Shown: in pieces, positions 62,695 to 64,000 of the stretch | How positions within the stretch are numbered: the first letter of the stretch is position 1 | Layout: the number at the start of each line of letters is the position of its first letter | Origin: Bacteriovoracia bacterium | GTDB lineage: Bacteria > Bdellovibrionota > UBA1018 > JBFWNL01 | Direction: 5' to 3' | Assembly: GCA_050251055.1 (NCBI GenBank) | Contig: JBFWNL010000004.1 | Span: 256,001-320,000, forward strand | Length of the DNA: 64,000 bases | Position numbers and translations under genes: made by a program | The notes under the pieces: model-generated | The model's input: only the letters and a program-made list of their open reading frames with translations | What the model was told of the DNA's origin: nothing | The model's database searches: none

Positions 62695-64000
62695 ATGGAC
62701 CGTAGAACCATCGTTGCTCTGACTCTCTGCCTGTTGATTTTCGTCGGTTGGCAGGAACTTTACCTGAAAAAACAGGTGGCCCCGGTGCCTCCGCCCGCTC
62801 CCGCGGCGAATACGGCTTCGACCGCTCCGCCGCCGGTAGCTACTGGCGCGGAGGCCGCCGCCCGGTTGGCCCCCGCCATCGAACCCGCAAAGAATCTGCC
62901 GGAAACGAACGAGGCGGTGTCCATGCATACCGGGGAAGCGTTCATCTCCTCCCGGAATGCGGTGCTCTCCAATTGGAGCATGAAGGACTATCAGATGAGT
63001 CAGGCCGCGGATGCGCGCCACGTCGATCTGCACACCCTGACGTTCGAGAGTGAAAATATCCGCCTGGGGTTTGATTCGCCGGAGCTGGCCTATCTGAACC
63101 AAGTGAACGGACGCCTTACGCGCGAAAACGGCGCGTTGATTTGGCTCTACGAAGACGCGAACGTGCGGATTCAACGCGACGTGAAGCACGCCGCGGATGC
63201 GGTGGCGCTCGATCTCACCTGGAATATCCAATTCAAAAAAACCCCGGCGAAGGTCGCGTTCGTATCGATGCTGGGCCAGGCGCCCAAGGATGATCCGGAA
63301 GCGCATGATCGTAAGATCGGGTACTTCCGCAAGGAGCTCCACAAACACGCGCTCAATAGCTTGCCCGAGAAGACGGAGGCGGTGGAAGCGCCCGTGAAGT
63401 GGGTCGCCCTGATGAACCGTTATTTCACGTTGGCGATGGTGAATCAAAGCGCGCAACCTCCCGCCGCGGTTATTCAGCCGCTGGGTGTGCACCAAGTGAT
63501 CGGCAGCTTGGCTTATCCAATTACCGGCAATTCGCTGATCATCCCCTTGAAGGTTTACTTCGGCCCGAAGCACCTGGATCTGTTGCGCGCGGTTGACGTC
63601 TCGCTCGATACCGCCGTGGATTTCGGCTGGTTCACGATCATCGCGTATCCGTTGCTCTGGCTCCTGAAGTGGTTTTACGGATTTTTCCATAATTACGGCG
63701 TCGCCATTATCTGCCTGACGCTGGTGGTCCGCTTGATCACGTTCCCGCTCAACTACAAGAGCATGGTGAACATGAAGAAAATGGCGGTTTTGCAGCCACA
63801 AATCCAGGCCATGCGGGAAAAATATAAAGACGACCCCCAAGCGATGAACAAGGAAATGCTCACGTTCATGCGCACGCAGGGCTACAACCCCGTGGCGGGC
63901 TGTTTGCCGATCCTGGTGCAGATGCCGATTTTCTTCGCGCTTTACCAGGTGCTCTACAGCGCGGTCGAGCTCTACCAGGCGCCGTTCGCGCTGTGGATTC
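62695..64000 (+). CDS. yidC: Membrane protein insertase YidC (runs off the window edge)
   Basis: ATG at 62695, MDRRTIVALTLC; YFGPK, VDFGWF, NYGVAII, LQPQI, GCLPILVQMPIFFALY. Confidence 0.96.
   Translation, partial: MDRRTIVALTLCLLIFVGWQELYLKKQVAPVPPPAPAANTASTAPPPVATGAEAAARLAPAIEPAKNLPETNEAVSMHTGEAFISSRNAVLSNWSMKDYQMSQAADARHVDLHTLTFESENIRLGFDSPELAYLNQVNGRLTRENGALIWLYEDANVRIQRDVKHAADAVALDLTWNIQFKKTPAKVAFVSMLGQAPKDDPEAHDRKIGYFRKELHKHALNSLPEKTEAVEAPVKWVALMNRYFTLAMVNQSAQPPAAVIQPLGVHQVIGSLAYPITGNSLIIPLKVYFGPKHLDLLRAVDVSLDTAVDFGWFTIIAYPLLWLLKWFYGFFHNYGVAIICLTLVVRLITFPLNYKSMVNMKKMAVLQPQIQAMREKYKDDPQAMNKEMLTFMRTQGYNPVAGCLPILVQMPIFFALYQVLYSAVELYQAPFALWI

Overview
GC-rich bacterial chromosome segment spanning the replication origin. 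The gene order (yidC-yidD-rnpA-rpmH <> dnaA-oriC-dnaN-recF-gyrB-[fabH]-gyrA-TPR-atpI-atpB-atpE) and protein style suggest a Bdellovibrionota/Oligoflexia-like organism (inference). Left 9.5 kb: an accessory-looking block with a di-heme cytochrome c, a Chlamydia-type folate cluster (CADD pABA synthase, folB, folKP, CofE-like glutamate ligase) facing a divergent LysR, five secreted orphan proteins, Mn-exporter/GFA genes and a 52-bp inverted repeat abutting tRNA-Ser. Centre: a ~28 kb minus-strand run holding TWO complex I clusters in tandem. One is a canonical 14-subunit nuoA-N. Upstream of it is an intact 11-subunit paralog (no nuoEFG) that keeps all Fe-S cysteines but has lost or substituted essentially every conserved proton-pumping residue and the quinone-binding residues. 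This apparently catalytically dead complex I copy is the most striking feature. The rest is housekeeping (mfd, PPIases, pdxA, PMM/PGM, a UvrA lacking its insertion domain). All calls come from reading motifs by eye; no database search was run.
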